The notes under the pieces: generated by a model | Told to the model about the DNA's origin: nothing | The model's database searches: none | The model's input: only the letters and a program-made list of their open reading frames with translations | Translations under genes and position numbers: made by a program | Shown here: positions 47,479-62,060 of the stretch, in pieces | Numbering within the stretch: the first letter of the stretch is position 1 | Layout: the number at the start of each line of letters is the position of its first letter | Source of the DNA: Chrysomallon squamiferum | Taxonomy: Eukaryota; Animalia; Mollusca | DNA length: 64,000 nt | Direction: 5' to 3' | NCBI GenBank assembly: GCA_012295275.1 | Contig: CM022679.1 | Location: 3,534,001 to 3,598,000 of the forward strand

Positions 47479-48691
47479 AAGTTCGTGATGTTTGACGACA
47501 GATGTTGTTCTATATCTCTGAGAAGGTGCCATTTAATAGAAAACGTGCACTGGTTTAGCACAACTTAATTAATATTATTTTATAGTAGGTCGTCGTAATG
47601 CATCATTGAAAACATACATCACATTAAATTTATTTATCGAAATTAAGTGGTATGATCATCGTTTAAAATACCGTCATGTGTACGATGTGTATTCATTAAC
47701 TGTTACGTTTTTAAGCAGTATTTATCATATTTTCAGGTGTGCTATGTCAAAGATAATGGATACGGGGGAGTTATGGTCTGGTCTCTAGACTGTGATGACT
47801 TTAAAGGAGAATTATGTAACCAAGGCAAATATCCGTTGTTAAAGGCTATCAAAGATCAGATGCAAAAGAGAATTCCCTGTAAAGAACCAGAAGAGTAAGT
47901 TGCTGTTCTTTCTTTACAGTAGTGACTGTTGTGCAAGTAAATTATTACTCTTTAGTTTAACTACTGTGAATAATAATCATGAACTCAGGAATGAACCCAT
48001 TCAGACAGACCGGCTTTAACAATAAAAGTCGGGTAATTATTTTGATCTCACGTCTACTTACCAAGAACAGAAAACCAAGCTGACTGTTACAGTGGAAGCA
48101 TGAAGCATAAGTACCATTCACTAAGCTCAACAAAATCATAATATTTCCCACTCTACCTTTGTGTTTCCATTGGTGTGAGAGTTTTACATTTACACACAAT
48201 CGTAACAAAATAGTGGCAGTGTATGATGACAAGATAAATGTAGCATTTTTTTTATACAAACAAAATAAAATAAAATAATAATAACTAAAAATAACTAATG
48301 TTACTGGAGAAGTATCTATAGCGACAGAATAGAGTCGTCAAAGGGTTGTCTTAATTTAGGCAAACATCGTATTTTGTTACAGGACAAGATCAGAATATTT
48401 AATAATTCTATCTTATAATAAAATAAAATAAAATAAATTAAAATAAAATAAAACACCATTTAAAATTATTTATTAATTTTAGAGCATATACAGTATCGAA
48501 AATTAAAAAACCAATAGAAGCTTCAACGAGTGCACCACGTGTCCTCTATAAAAAGCCAGAGGAAAAACCAAAACCAAAACCAGAACCAAAACCAGAACCA
48601 AAACAAAAACCAAAACCAGAACCAGAACCAAAACCAGAACCAGAACCAAAACCAAAACCAAAACCAAAACCAAAACCAGAACCAGAACCAA

Positions 48692-48762
<71 letters not shown>

Positions 48763-48855
48763 AAACCAAAACCAGAACCAGAACCAAAACCAAAACCAGA
48801 ACCAAAACCAGAACCAAAATCGAAAACGAAAGGTATTTATATATATTTTTATTTT

Positions 48856-48896
<41 letters not shown>

Positions 48897-49049
48897 TTTT
48901 GTATATATATATATATATATAATTTTATGTATGCTGGTGTGATGATACAATCAGAAAGGAAGTTTCAGATAATGGACGAATATAGATATATACATTTTAC
49001 TTATTGAAAAATGTAAAAGAAGACCGCCTAATAATAATAATAATAATAA

Positions 49050-49080
<31 letters not shown>

Positions 49081-49306
49081 AAGAAGAAGAAGAAGAAGAA
49101 ACGTTTCTGATACTATAGTTGGTTTGTTTATGATAGGTGAAATGTTCTGTAAGGATATACGTAGTGGCATATATCCAAATCCTGTGGACTGCGCGACCTT
49201 CTACTTTTGCGTCTATGGAACAACGTATCTAATGAGCTGCCCTATGGATCTGGTTTTTAATCCCAAATTAATGGTTTGTGATTATAGATCTAAGGTAATG
49301 TGCTAA
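42535..49306 (+). CDS. Secreted GH18 chitinase-like protein #2 (catalytic Glu->Met) with (K/E)P-repeat linker and one CBM14; 11 exons, ~575 aa if two single-base frameshifts are corrected (otherwise a recent pseudogene)
   Basis: Exons 42535-42598 (signal peptide [21 protein letters not shown]), 43281-43430 ([25 protein letters not shown]), 43661-43715, 44231-44461 ([17 protein letters not shown]; 1 nt short), 45048-45172, 46416-46543 ([13 protein letters not shown]; 1 nt long), 46704-46880, 47149-47268, 47737-47894 ([23 protein letters not shown]), 48483-48832 (KP/EP repeat), 49137-49306 (six-Cys CBM14). Exon sizes 150/55/125/120/158 are identical to gene #1. Confidence 0.9.
42735..42975. repeat. 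Compound (TA)n/(GATA)n/(GACA)n microsatellite
   Basis: Direct reading; intron 1 of GH18 #2. Confidence 0.9.
44484..44610. repeat. (CTA)n/(CTG)n trinucleotide repeat
   Basis: Direct reading; intronic. Confidence 0.9.
48565..48816 (+). repeat. Coding hexamer repeat (AAACCA/GAACCA)x42 encoding (KP/EP)n
   Basis: 252 nt inside exon 48483-48832. The exon phases fix the frame as Lys/Glu-Pro (one KQ unit), not the NQ frame shown in the ORF track. Confidence 0.93.
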
Positions 49307-49331
49307 CCTACAAAAAGAGAAACAACACTTA

Positions 49332-49397
<66 letters not shown>

Positions 49398-49700
49398 TAC
49401 GATGCTCATAGACTTGTGTGTGTTATTTAGTGTGAAATAATATAATCTTCAAGGACTAACAGAACGGGTGTACGTTTGAGGTTTCGTTAAATGTAATATT
49501 ATTGGATCATTTTAACTTCATTTGTATGTTTTATTGTTTGCATGTTTTTTCTTTTATGTTTTACTTTTACAATATTATACTTATGTTATTATTATTATTA
49601 TTTTTTTGTTCTATTATTTTGTAGTAATGAATATTTTATTTTATTTTATTATCACTTCGACACATTGTAAGACAGTGCCCTCTGAAGTCGCTCCACGGTG

Positions 49701-49702
<2 letters not shown>

Positions 49703-49770
<68 letters not shown>
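49703..49770. repeat. (GA)n microsatellite
   Basis: Direct reading. Confidence 0.95.
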
Positions 49771-49775
<5 letters not shown>

Positions 49776-50235
49776 AAAATAATAATAATAACAACAAAAT
49801 AATAATAATAAAATCTACCCACACTCTCAGTTATGTATCTCAGTGAAATCATTCCTAGCCAATGTCTTGGAGCCAAATCTTTTATATGCCAGATGCTTTA
49901 GCAACTTCAGAATATCTCTTATCTCGCCACTTAGTGGGTCATTCTAGTTATGTACGCTATACAATATCTTGTAATCATTCACTGGTAGACGGACATATTT
50001 ACTGACGTAAAATTATGTTGTACATTGGCACTGCTTCTCTCATTTCCTAAAGTTAATAGTTAATGTAAATATTCCCTTGGTATTATCCACACAGTAATGA
50101 GTGCATCTATCGACCGTAAAAAGAGAAAAGAAGACCAAAAAGTTGAAAGAAGAATACAAGAACTAGAATGCTTCATTTTCACCAAAAAAAATTTTTCTTT
50201 ATGTGTCACAGTAAATGTAAATATGTTTTCTTATT

Positions 50236-50294
<59 letters not shown>

Positions 50295-51166
50295 TTTCTT
50301 AGTCAGATGTGTGTATCTTGATCTCAGCTGTACACATATTTTATATGTCACGACTCGAATTGGTTACGTATCTATCAAAGTACATAATTATTTTATTGTT
50401 ATAGGTTTTAACTGCTTGCTGTTTCTTTGTGTCGTAATAATTTAAATACAAATTAAAACATGTTTATTACGTATTATATTGCTGATTGCTGGTGGTAGAT
50501 GGGATTATTAATGTTTTCTGTATCAACTTGGACAGCTGGTGATGTTGGCTGGTTTTAGTATTTGTTTATTTTATCTTTTGTTTAAACTGTAATTAGCTTC
50601 AGTAATGATTGAGTATTCTGATACGTTTCTTTTTAACTGGATTATGCTAAGTTTGCCACTCAGTAAATGATTAAAATGTAATTAGTGCTATTCACATTTG
50701 AGTGTTTTATTATTTAACTTAAATACACTTTGCTACAATGACACTATTACTATTATGTTATTCGTCATTATTTGTCGTTGTTTTTTTGTTGTTTTTTTGA
50801 TAATCTGCACCTTGAACACAGTAACAAAAAACCACCTGGTGAGTATCGGAAATTGATCGTAGTTGCAGGTTTTAGTGTCTATAACATCATCAGTGCTTCC
50901 AGGATGGTTGTTGTGGAACTGTTTGTTTATCCTGGCAGGAATTCCAACAGCGGTCGATCAACAGTTGTAAAAATTGTTCTGTTTCATTTTGTGTACTTGT
51001 ATATATCAGAGAAACAAAGAAACAAGAAAAAATAATCTGATTTAAAAGGAATGAACGTATTTATTCAAAGTGGCGTATTGTATAAATGTGTACTATAATG
51101 TGAACTGTTGTTTTCAAAATTGGTGTAAAGTATAATTATGGATATATTAGTGCTTTTATAATCATA

Positions 51167-51212
<46 letters not shown>

Positions 51213-51720
51213 ATAATAATAATAACTTTTTTATGTTGCTTGGTAATAAAATTAATGTAAATATGGATCATTAATGTGAATCAGGATATATTAGTGTTTG
51301 TAAAAACATACTTTTTTCAAAAAATGAAAAAAAGTCTTCTTTATGTTGCTTGGTATTACATAATCGAAAGAGGTTATTTATTTATTATTAGTAGTAATTT
51401 TTAATTTATAATTTTATTTATTTATTTATTAATTTATTGATCATTTAAAAATATCTATGAAACAGGAACATCTACAAATTATTATGTTCGTGTAAATAGT
51501 CCGATGGATAGGAATCTAATGTTCGCGGTAACTACTTCGTTCTGTTACATTCCACTGGTTGCAAAACAACATTCAAATACAATAATACATAATTCCAGAT
51601 TATATGATTCACAAAATGAATCAAATGTTCTGACTTTGGTTTCTGCGCTGAATCGTAGATGTGTGTCGTAGGTGAATGGCCCCCTGCAACAATAAGTAAA
51701 TAAATAAAAAAATAAAAAAA

Positions 51721-51767
<47 letters not shown>

Positions 51768-52052
51768 ATGAATAAATAAAATATAATAAAATGAAATGAA
51801 ATATAAGTAAAATAATTACACCAATGTATATCCATGGTGTCACGCACATATATCGTCAATAATTCAATGAACCAAGCATGTCTTCATAAATATGCTCATG
51901 CAGTAATATTTATGTACAAACTATCATCTGTATGTTTTGCACCATCGTCGTTACAGGCACTTTATACTCACTCTAGAAATCAGTATTTTAACTCCAGTGA
52001 AATACGGCAAAGACAACGAGGAACACTGCTGAATAAACCAGCTGCAACGTCT

Positions 52053-54174
52053 CTACGTGGAAGTCCAGGCGTTGACCAAGCTGGCAGAACTGTGTAGTGG
52101 AATAGTTCGATGTTTGCAAGGTAGTATGTTGGGCAAAGGCTTGCCAATGGTTTCAGGTAACACGAGGCCTACAAAGCCGACAGATATCATCATGGCCCCG
52201 AATATGATAAAAGGCACAATATAGTGGTAGGCTTCCTGGAAGAAAAAATAAAAAAATAAATAAAAAAATAAATAAATAAATAAAATAATATAAAATAAAT
52301 GAATAAATTAAAACAACAAGAGAAGGAACCTTATTATAATTTATTATAACATTTATTTATTTGTTCATTAATATTTTTTCTCTGTCGTTTTAAGATAATT
52401 GTAATTAATGTTAGAAAAATCAGACAGAGAAACATCAATTATACAAATGGTAGACAGTCATTTACGATCGCAGATTTTATGCTTTTTTTCTTCTGTTCTA
52501 TACAAAAACATATTTCATTTAAGTTTGGTGTTAATAGTATTGGTTATAATGCAAAATACATCACTCTGTATGCACAGATATGTAACGATATCCCAAGATC
52601 AGATTATTCCTTTATTGATACTTTGCAATAAAACAGTTAAAAAGACAATATGAAAGGTCACGAACTATAGTGTTTTATTTTTAACATTTTTAGTTAATAA
52701 TATATGTTCGACTATTAAGTATGACCATTTAGGTCGTAGTTTTAATGTCAAAAGCTTTACTGTGCCCCAAGTCTTCATGTTTGTAGATGCGTCCCCCAAG
52801 ACAAAATTAGTTATTTCAAGTCCATTACAACAAAATGTTTGAACTAAACGAGTAATGTGCCTTTCAAAATCTATAGGCATCAAAAAGAACAGAATGATCA
52901 AGAATGTTAAACCTATAACGAAGCGGAGAAATAAATATTACTCTTTCTAATAAACTTTTTAATTAAATTTGCGGAATCAAATCTGAGTATGCTCGTTTTG
53001 CAAGCAGGCATTTAAATTAATGTATTTCAAAACATATAATTTAGTTCCACCTGTATCAACCTATACAGAATCGTAGCATTCCAGTGAGTCTTCATAGCAG
53101 TTATCAACTTTCTACCACGTTAAAATAAAGTGTAAATAATGTATTCATGTTGAAAAAGTTTGTAGTATTTTGTCTAGATGAAGGAAAACGGTAACAATAG
53201 GTCATATTTAATCTATGACATAATATTTAATTAATTCCCAATATTTCCTTTAATAAATGGACCGAATATTATTTGCGTTGTTCATTGAAAAGATATATAA
53301 ATAATTTAGAAATTAATAAAACGCGTACAAAAAATTTAAATTCGTATGACAGGACTGCTCCTCCAGAAACTGACATCAAAACTAAAGCTGTTCCCATGCA
53401 CCTGAAATTGATATATATATATAATGTAACAACATTTATATTTCTTTTAAAAACTATATTCTTAACTCTATCATACGGTTTCTATACTAAACATAATTAA
53501 TAACAAAAAAAAAATGCACTTAGTTCAGTATTTGTTATATACCATATTACTGTTATCCTATATCAAATATCTTCTGTATAAGAAATTAATGGTTTTTTTT
53601 AATTTTTTATATATTTTAACATTTTTTTTTTTTTTTAACTCCCATTAATTAGTTGAAATTAAAATGTCATCATATACTGATAAAAAATGTACTATAATTA
53701 TCTCTTTTTCTTTCTGTACGTTTAGTTCTCTGTCTATCTCTTTCTCTCTTTCCCTTCCTTTCTAATACTACACAGACACACCACGTGTCTCACCTGATTA
53801 CGGTAGGGTACATTTCTAAAGCTGATATCGCTATCAGAGAGAGGGATGCCGTGACTCCCAGCTTACCAAATAATGCTAAACCTTTAATCATGCTGGGCAT
53901 CTGCTGCAGATTGCCTGTCATGTGTAACACAATCATGGAAAACAAGGCCATTCCAGAAGCTACAGCGTACAAGAACAAACACCACCGACGGCCTAAACTG
54001 TTTAGTAGAAATGAGGTAAAGAAAGGATAATTAGTCAGATACAGAATGTAATATTTTGCTTGCAGGCCTAAATTGGAGTGTTCTAAAATTATGTTGTTTT
54101 TCCTGTCATCAAGACGTAAATTCAGACTTTGTGGATCTTTTTTTTTTTCTTAAAAACAATGTTTTGAAAAAAAG

Positions 54175-54227
<53 letters not shown>

Positions 54228-54822
54228 AACAAACGATAACGCGAACGCACACACACACACACACATATATATTACATCAACTAAAAAATATTTTTCTCAT
54301 TGCTTCCTGCTTTCATTCATTTGTTTATTCGGTTCGTTCGTTTTCATGCATTGTTTCTCCATCGCTTATGAAATATTCAAGAACTGCTTATGAATTATTC
54401 TGATAAGTAAATATCTATTAGTCACTCGATTAAATTATACCTTTAACATTATTGCCTCGTCCCGTTATACAGCTGATTATATATCATTACATTATCTGAA
54501 ACATCTACGTTTAAGAAAACAGACTTGGAAAATAAGCATTATCACAGAAAACTCAGTGTATCTGATAGACGTACCATTTATTTACTATTATTGCTGTCCA
54601 GGTCAATGGTAGATCCAGTACAAAAGGAAAACTGCGATCGATGTATACATTTCCTGTAACATTCTGTGTCTTCTCTACCAAACAGAAGTACACAGTTGAT
54701 GCTACGAGGCTAAGAAAACAAATAAACAAACACAAAGTAGAAAATAATAAAGACAAATTTGTAATCCATCATGTAATTTGTAATCATAACAGAGGTTAAA
54801 GTACAACATTAAAAGTATGATT

Positions 54823-54908
<86 letters not shown>

Positions 54909-54924
54909 TATGAGAGAGAGAGAC

Positions 54925-55022
<98 letters not shown>

Positions 55023-55709
55023 CTGAACTGAAAAAGAAACCGCCCACCATTACATCCTGACAAAATGAAAACATTCCACTGTTTGTTTTCAAAGCAAACC
55101 CACATCATCCAACGTACAAAAATAAACCTGCCAAACACTTCTTTCTGATTTTGTTGTCAGAATAAACAGCTGACAGTAATGTTTAAATCTGAGTAATATC
55201 AAAAGATTGTTAATGGTATGGTTCACTTTTTATCTACATTTTTTTAATATCTTCATAATTTTACTTTTCTGTTCTTTCTGTTTTGAATGCATTTAATACA
55301 AATAACGTCATAAATATTACATGACTATCATATATCGCCTAATATTAATAAACCCTATTTAGAGGCGGATAAAATTATACCGATTCGCAACATTTAAAAC
55401 AAAAGTCTTCTTACCAAATATAAATCAAGGCTATATTGTGTTTAAAAAGTTCCAGAGAATGACACAGATCCAAATATGTGTATCGTTTTTCATGCATGTG
55501 ACACACTATTGAAGTCCGGACACCATCCAGCAAATATATAAGTTTGGGCACGACTCTAAAATTACAGGATATCAGTTCTTTGGTAGCCACCTCGGCAGCC
55601 TGGAATTTCCGTTTACACAACATCCATCTTATACTCTCTGGAACCAAACTGAAATGTGGGAACAGCAGTTTTAACATATGCAATATTATGGATGAATTTT
55701 CAGCACTTG

Positions 55710-55756
<47 letters not shown>

Positions 55757-56405
55757 GTTTTAAAAGCTAAATTGGCTCTTGTTTTCTGTATTTTCTAGGA
55801 TCTGTTAAGTAGAAAATATTATAGATACTTTGGGCTCAATCACATGCGTGAGATACTGCCAAGGAAGATTGAAAGCTCAATGTCATAATACAACATCTTT
55901 ATCATTGCGTAAAATATATATGAATTAACCGAGCGTTCAGAATGTCGACATAAGACTCATTTTATGTTAATGATTTAATTATGACTAAGAAATTAAAACT
56001 TATTTTGTTTAATATCAAAATCCTATCTCACGAATCTATTTTCTGTCATAAGCTATAATTATCAGTATAGAATAATTCTGGCTTCACTAACTAATAAGTT
56101 CCTAGGAACGGAAATCCAACTGAACCGGAAACAAAGGCAAGGTATCTCCAGTTCTTCGTAATTAAGACTTCCAACGAGGAAAAGACAACTCCTAACGTCC
56201 ACATATTGCTCATGACGCAAGCGTCCCGCCAGCTGTGACCGACTATTTCAACAGGTATTGCGTAGCTAATAGTCAGAAAGGCACCTGAAAATAACAATTA
56301 ATAGATCCTTATATTGTCTTCTTTTTTTTTCTTCTTTTTTTTTGTTTTTGTTTTTTGTCAGAATTGAAAAAAATAATAAAAAAAAAAAAAAAAAAAAAAA
56401 AAAGA

Positions 56406-56462
<57 letters not shown>

Positions 56463-56711
56463 TATGATGATTATAATGATGACTATAAAGTGAGTAATAA
56501 TTATCACACATTAAGCATTCAGCTCGACAGATAAATAGATAAACAGATAGACAAAAAATATATAGGTAGACAGACCGATAGATAGATGCATAGATATACA
56601 GATAGATACATACATAGCCATACATACATACATACACACATACACACAAACATACACAAACACAAACACACATACACAGACAGACAGACAGACAGACAGA
56701 CATACAGAGTC

Positions 56712-56742
<31 letters not shown>

Positions 56743-57121
56743 GAGTCAGACAGACAGACCGACAGACAGACAGACAGAGACGATTCTTGCCTGCACAAAC
56801 TCCTGTGATGAAGCGGACGGAGAAGAAGATATGCCAGAGGCGTGTTAGACCTGTGATAGTGTGGAACGTCAGCGTCATCAGAAAGTACACGTACATCAGA
56901 CGTCGTCGACCGAACATATCGGCTGACATCCCCCCTACAGTGGCTCCCACCAACACGCCCGCTGACTGACTGTAAACTGTGTACCGAGAGAAGTCTTCAG
57001 AATCCAGACTGTCCATCCACTGTGAATGAGCAAAAACACCGGTAAGTACATTTCTTATTTATTTATTTATTTTTATTTTGTATTTTGTATTTTCTTTTCT
57101 TTTCTTTTTTTATATTCTTTA

Positions 57122-57185
<64 letters not shown>

Positions 57186-57807
57186 GTTATTATTTAAAAA
57201 AAAATCATGATACTTATAATATGTATGTACATCTATATGTCTGCGAGTAGCTAAATTCATATTCGTCGCGGTTCGATTCACACAGGGAAAATCTTTTCAT
57301 AATATTTACACTGTAGATGTGTTGGATTAACATCTTACTCTGAGTAAACCCATAAGTTAATCAAAGACAATTCGCCTACAAATAAGTAGGTATATATACA
57401 TATATCTCAAAACAGACGTGGATGAGGTCTCTCAGAGTTCAAGCCAACCCATAACGGCAATGAAAAGACAATAAAACACGTCAAAGCGAACTAACTGATG
57501 GCTTATGCAGTGTTAAGTCTTGCAGAAAGCTAACAGTCTGGCAAACCGCGTCTTCGCTGGAACTGTTCGCCGCAACCCCGAGGTCGTTGGCGAGGTCTGT
57601 GACGTTGATGGTGCGATTACATCCTGCGTGGTCGTTCATCTGACCAGTCGACGACTGCGGCTGAGCGACACAGACGTACATGAGAACGGACGCTGTGATT
57701 GCCTGAAGGGAAGCTGTGGAGAGGAAGACGCGCTTCTGGTAGAAGCCGAATTGTCCGCTCTGAATGAGGATCGCTTCAAAAGCTCTGGCGCTTCTGTCGT
57801 CTTCCAT
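52053..57807 (-). CDS. SLC22-family (organic cation/anion transporter-like) MFS transporter, 8 coding exons, ~520 aa
   Basis: Exons 57496-57807 (MEDDRSARAFEAILIQSGQFGFYQKR), 56791-57019 (GATVGGMSADMFGRR..RFITG), 56092-56284 (EIVGHSWR..NWRYL), 55415-55648 (VPESIRWML), 54575-54709, 53794-53997 (LGRR..GK..EMYPTVIR), 53329-53401, 52053-52235 (PFIIFG..LPETIGKPLP). Phases consistent, sum 1563 nt. Confidence 0.92.
54826..55020. repeat. Interrupted (GA)n microsatellite
   Basis: Direct reading; SLC22 intron. Confidence 0.95.
56525..56780. repeat. Compound (GATA)/(CATA)/(CA)/(GACA)n repeat
   Basis: Direct reading; starts just after the GC donor of SLC22 exon 2. Confidence 0.9.
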
Positions 57808-60048
57808 TGTTCTCGAGTCACTCACTGTTCAGTGCTATCTGGACCACATCTCGTTTGGATTAATTCTGAAATAATTAGAATAAAGATAATCCTTAATAAA
57901 AAATATCAGTTGGATTACGGTATGTGATGATGATTTCCTTCATTTGCATAAATATTTTGTTATATTTAAATTGTTAATCAAAAAATTGTTATTTGCACGC
58001 ACGCTCGAATGCACACACACACACACACACACACATTCACACTTGTATTTTAAGAGAAGTCTAAGTATATACAATTGTTTTATTAAGGACTTTAGATAGA
58101 CACACAGAAACAAACACATATATTTAAGCATACACCAAAAATAAAGGGAAATCTTTTACAGAAAAGAAGAATTTTGGGTAAAAGTTTGGGATGCATAATT
58201 TATTTTTATACGATTTCTGTTGAAATAATAATATATAAAATGGTCTAACGGAATAAATCTGCAAAATGTAGTTCTAAGGATATATGGAGGTCAAAAATAA
58301 AGATAAAGGAATCAAATGAGATCAAAGGGAAAGATCAAACAAAAAATGAAAGTAAAGGAAGAAGGTGAGTTTAACAAAGAAGAAAACAGCATGGGGTGCT
58401 TAAATCAAAGGAAAAACAGTATCACTTATATAGAAATTATGGATGAAACAGTGACTATAAAATTGGTCCAAGAATTAAGAAATAGTTGATGAACTGAATA
58501 ATGAATGGACATATAAATAAAGGTATCCAAAAATATATCAGTCAGTTAATAAAAGAATGAAGATGAAGAATAGAAGATGTCCAAAAAAAGAGAAGTAATA
58601 ATAATAAAATAAATAGTAATAAATAAAAAAAAAAAAAAAAAAAAAAAAAAAATCGCCTTTACAGAGCCGAGGAACCCAATAAGAAGCACGTGGAAGTTTT
58701 AACTGTTTGTTGGAGCGAGTTAACGACCTGTTAACGAGTCCTGGCTGTTTGAACAGACGTCGCATCTCTCACATCTGATCGAAACTCTGTAATGAAGTCT
58801 AGAACCAGAGATGAACGACAATCGATATCCGACCATCAGACAGGAAATTTTATTCTCTGTTCAAAGGCGGAGAAAAACAATTTGTTCTGCTACACAGGTT
58901 TTAATATTTACCTACACTTAAACACACTGAGAACGTCAGACACCCACATACACGATATTAGTTATACACATACATACATAAATAAACATATAATATTTTC
59001 AATTCTTAAATCTTCTTTCAATCAGTGATATTTGAAACGATTTATGGAAAAAAAAAAAAATCGAAGAAAAAAAATTAGCTACTGCAATTATTTAAACACA
59101 AATATACAATCGTTAGATTTTAGTCAATATTTCTTACTGATCCTGAATTCAATTTGTCTGTATACATAATTCATAATGTTACGTGACGACTCAAGACAGT
59201 CTGAATAAACTAATTACCACAAATAAGGGTCGTTGTTCTCTAATTACATTTTGTCTGTTTAATTTTTACGAAACTAATGTTTTCTAAATAGAACTTTTAG
59301 CCACTCCAGTTACAGCGAATTCCACTGAGAGCGACAAATCTCTCATTAATAATTAAAACTTTTCTTTATATGAACCTCACTTATCTTTATTTAAGACACT
59401 TTAGCACTCACTATACATGTACTTTATTTATAATCTCTTCTCAGAACTTGCAACATGCAATTCATTACGCATGAATTATATTTAATTTATATCGATGTGT
59501 AAATAAAACTTAATCAGTTCAGTGAGCTTTATTTAGAAGTAATTTATCGATTCAATTTACAATTGATCACTTGATTATAGCAACAGGATCTTAACTAATC
59601 AGTATTCCCGTAAACCTGTATAACTTACATAAATAGTTTATCTACAGGTATTTCTCTGAAAGCTTCAACAGCTTATCCTATACACAAACATATTTTTTAA
59701 AAATATAAAACCTTTCTAAATCGAACTGTACTGGCCTTACTGACATTATACTATATTCATTTGTCTAAGCCTTATTTCAAATAACATTATTTAAAGACAC
59801 TTCATGGTGCTTTATAAAAACTTTTCTTACAACATCATCATAATAAGTCATTTGCAAAACATTTGGTTTTACTTCATTTTCAAGTTTTTCATTGAATTGT
59901 TTCTACAAGAATTTCAAAGAATTTGTTTGAAGCCTAATTTAACATTATATACGTAATAAGTCCCTGAAAGTTATATACATACTTGGTCACACCGAATTTA
60001 ATGATACATAATTGTACCTTATGTATCAACTGTTCACTGAATCATGTA

Positions 60049-60087
<39 letters not shown>

Positions 60088-61818
60088 AACTGATATATTC
60101 TGACTACACAAAATTATACAAGAACGTCAGTATGGCCTTTATCCAGTATTGCACTGACGGCACAAAATTAAGTCTTCTTCCCTCGCAGTTAAATGAGACT
60201 TACTTGCAGGCACTCAATTTATTCTTATTTACAGGAACGTATTTAGGTACACTTCATTATCTTCATAATAGACGCCAGTTTTATTTTGTAAAATTAATGT
60301 ATTTCAGTGTTTCGTGTCCATTTTTGTCAAGTAGACTGAAAATATTTTAAGTCTGAAAACATCAACGAGCTCCATCTATAAATAGCGTCGACTTCTGCTT
60401 TGAGCACACGTGCATCTTCTGCATTACCTAATACTGTAGTGCGGAGGTAAATGGAAACATTGTTTAGAAGCATGAACAAAAGTTAATCAGAAGTCTGTTT
60501 TTCTGTTTGAACAGAAGCAAATAATGAGTAATAAGTACGTTTGCATATGAATAAAAAGCATGTAAAAATATCGTGAAATTAAAATAAACTAAACAAGAAA
60601 CAACAACAAAGTAACCACAACAAAGTAACCACAACAACAACAAGAAAACATTAATAACAATAATAATAAAAGAAGAAGAAGAAGAAATTGATGATGATGG
60701 TAAAGGCTGATAATGGTGACAACGCTGGTGAAGGGGAAAATATAGATGATTGGAATAGCTGTCAGCTTCTTGGCTTGAAAGAGATGGATGAATGTTTACC
60801 TACGAACATATCGAGAAAAAAAAAAAAATGTAATAAATCTTTGCAATATTTATTTAGGATTTATTTTATTTACCTCTTATCTGAAATATTTTTCGAATTT
60901 GCAAGAAGTGACACTTCGAACTACAAATATTTATCAAACACTAAAAAAAAAAAAAAAAAAAAAAAAAAAAGAATGAAAGAAGAAAAACATTTTTAATTAA
61001 AGAAATTAACAGGTTAAAGAAAAAATGCGCTTGGTGCTGCTGGCAAAAGTGCATTCCAACAAATGAAAATAAAAAATAAAATAAAATAAAATAAAATAAA
61101 ATAAAATAAAAATATGTTGTTTTAGAATTATTTTAAAGAGATACGATAAGTATTAATTGTTCTGTGATTTTCACATCAAGTAAATTGTAAGTTTGGGCTT
61201 GTTTAAAATAAACAAAAATACGATGTAATAATACGATGTAATAATAATATTAATAATAATAAGAAGAAGAAGAAAGTGAAGAAGAAGAAAAAGAAGAAGT
61301 AGAAGAAGAAGAAGAATAAAGAAAGCCGAAAAGGGAAAAAAATCATCTAAAAAAGACACCCACGCACACACGCACACCCCCACACACACACATATTGTGT
61401 AGCAAGAGACAAGTAAATACAGATGTTCATGCTTAAATGTGCCTAGTGTCTAAGAAACTAGGACATTTTATGATGGAAATTAAATCAAGTTCACATAACT
61501 TGAAATCCAACCACGTTAAAAATGCTTTGAATGTTAATCACATTAATTGAAAATTTACTTCCCTGGCGAATCGTGAAGGTTTTGCAAGCCACCATGTGGT
61601 TTAGTGTGCAGTTGTGACAGAGAGAATGTTGAATGGATGCAACATCTCAGCTTCGCTCCAGTGAAAAACGGCTTTCCTGTTTTCTATTAAGATTTACTTG
61701 CAGAACGTAAAGAAATGAAAAGAAGAATTCCCAAGTGTTGTTCACGTAGTTAAATGGATTAGCAGTTGTAGAAAATTATATTTACTCATGAAAAAAATAT
61801 TTTATTTTATTTAATTTG

Positions 61819-62060
<242 letters not shown>

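Noticed and set aside
48530-48922. Prion-like poly-NQ ORF (and poly-VL antisense ORF) in the ORF track
   Set aside because: Wrong frames; exon phases dictate the KP/EP frame.
52053-52055. Stop-codon read-through of the SLC22 TAG (frame stays open ~33 codons)
   Set aside because: The context TAG-AGA is not a known leaky context, and an open stretch of this length is unremarkable.
60376-60385. Perfect MEF2/TATA-like CTATAAATAG
   Set aside because: Expected by chance in AT-rich DNA; no linked transcript evidence.
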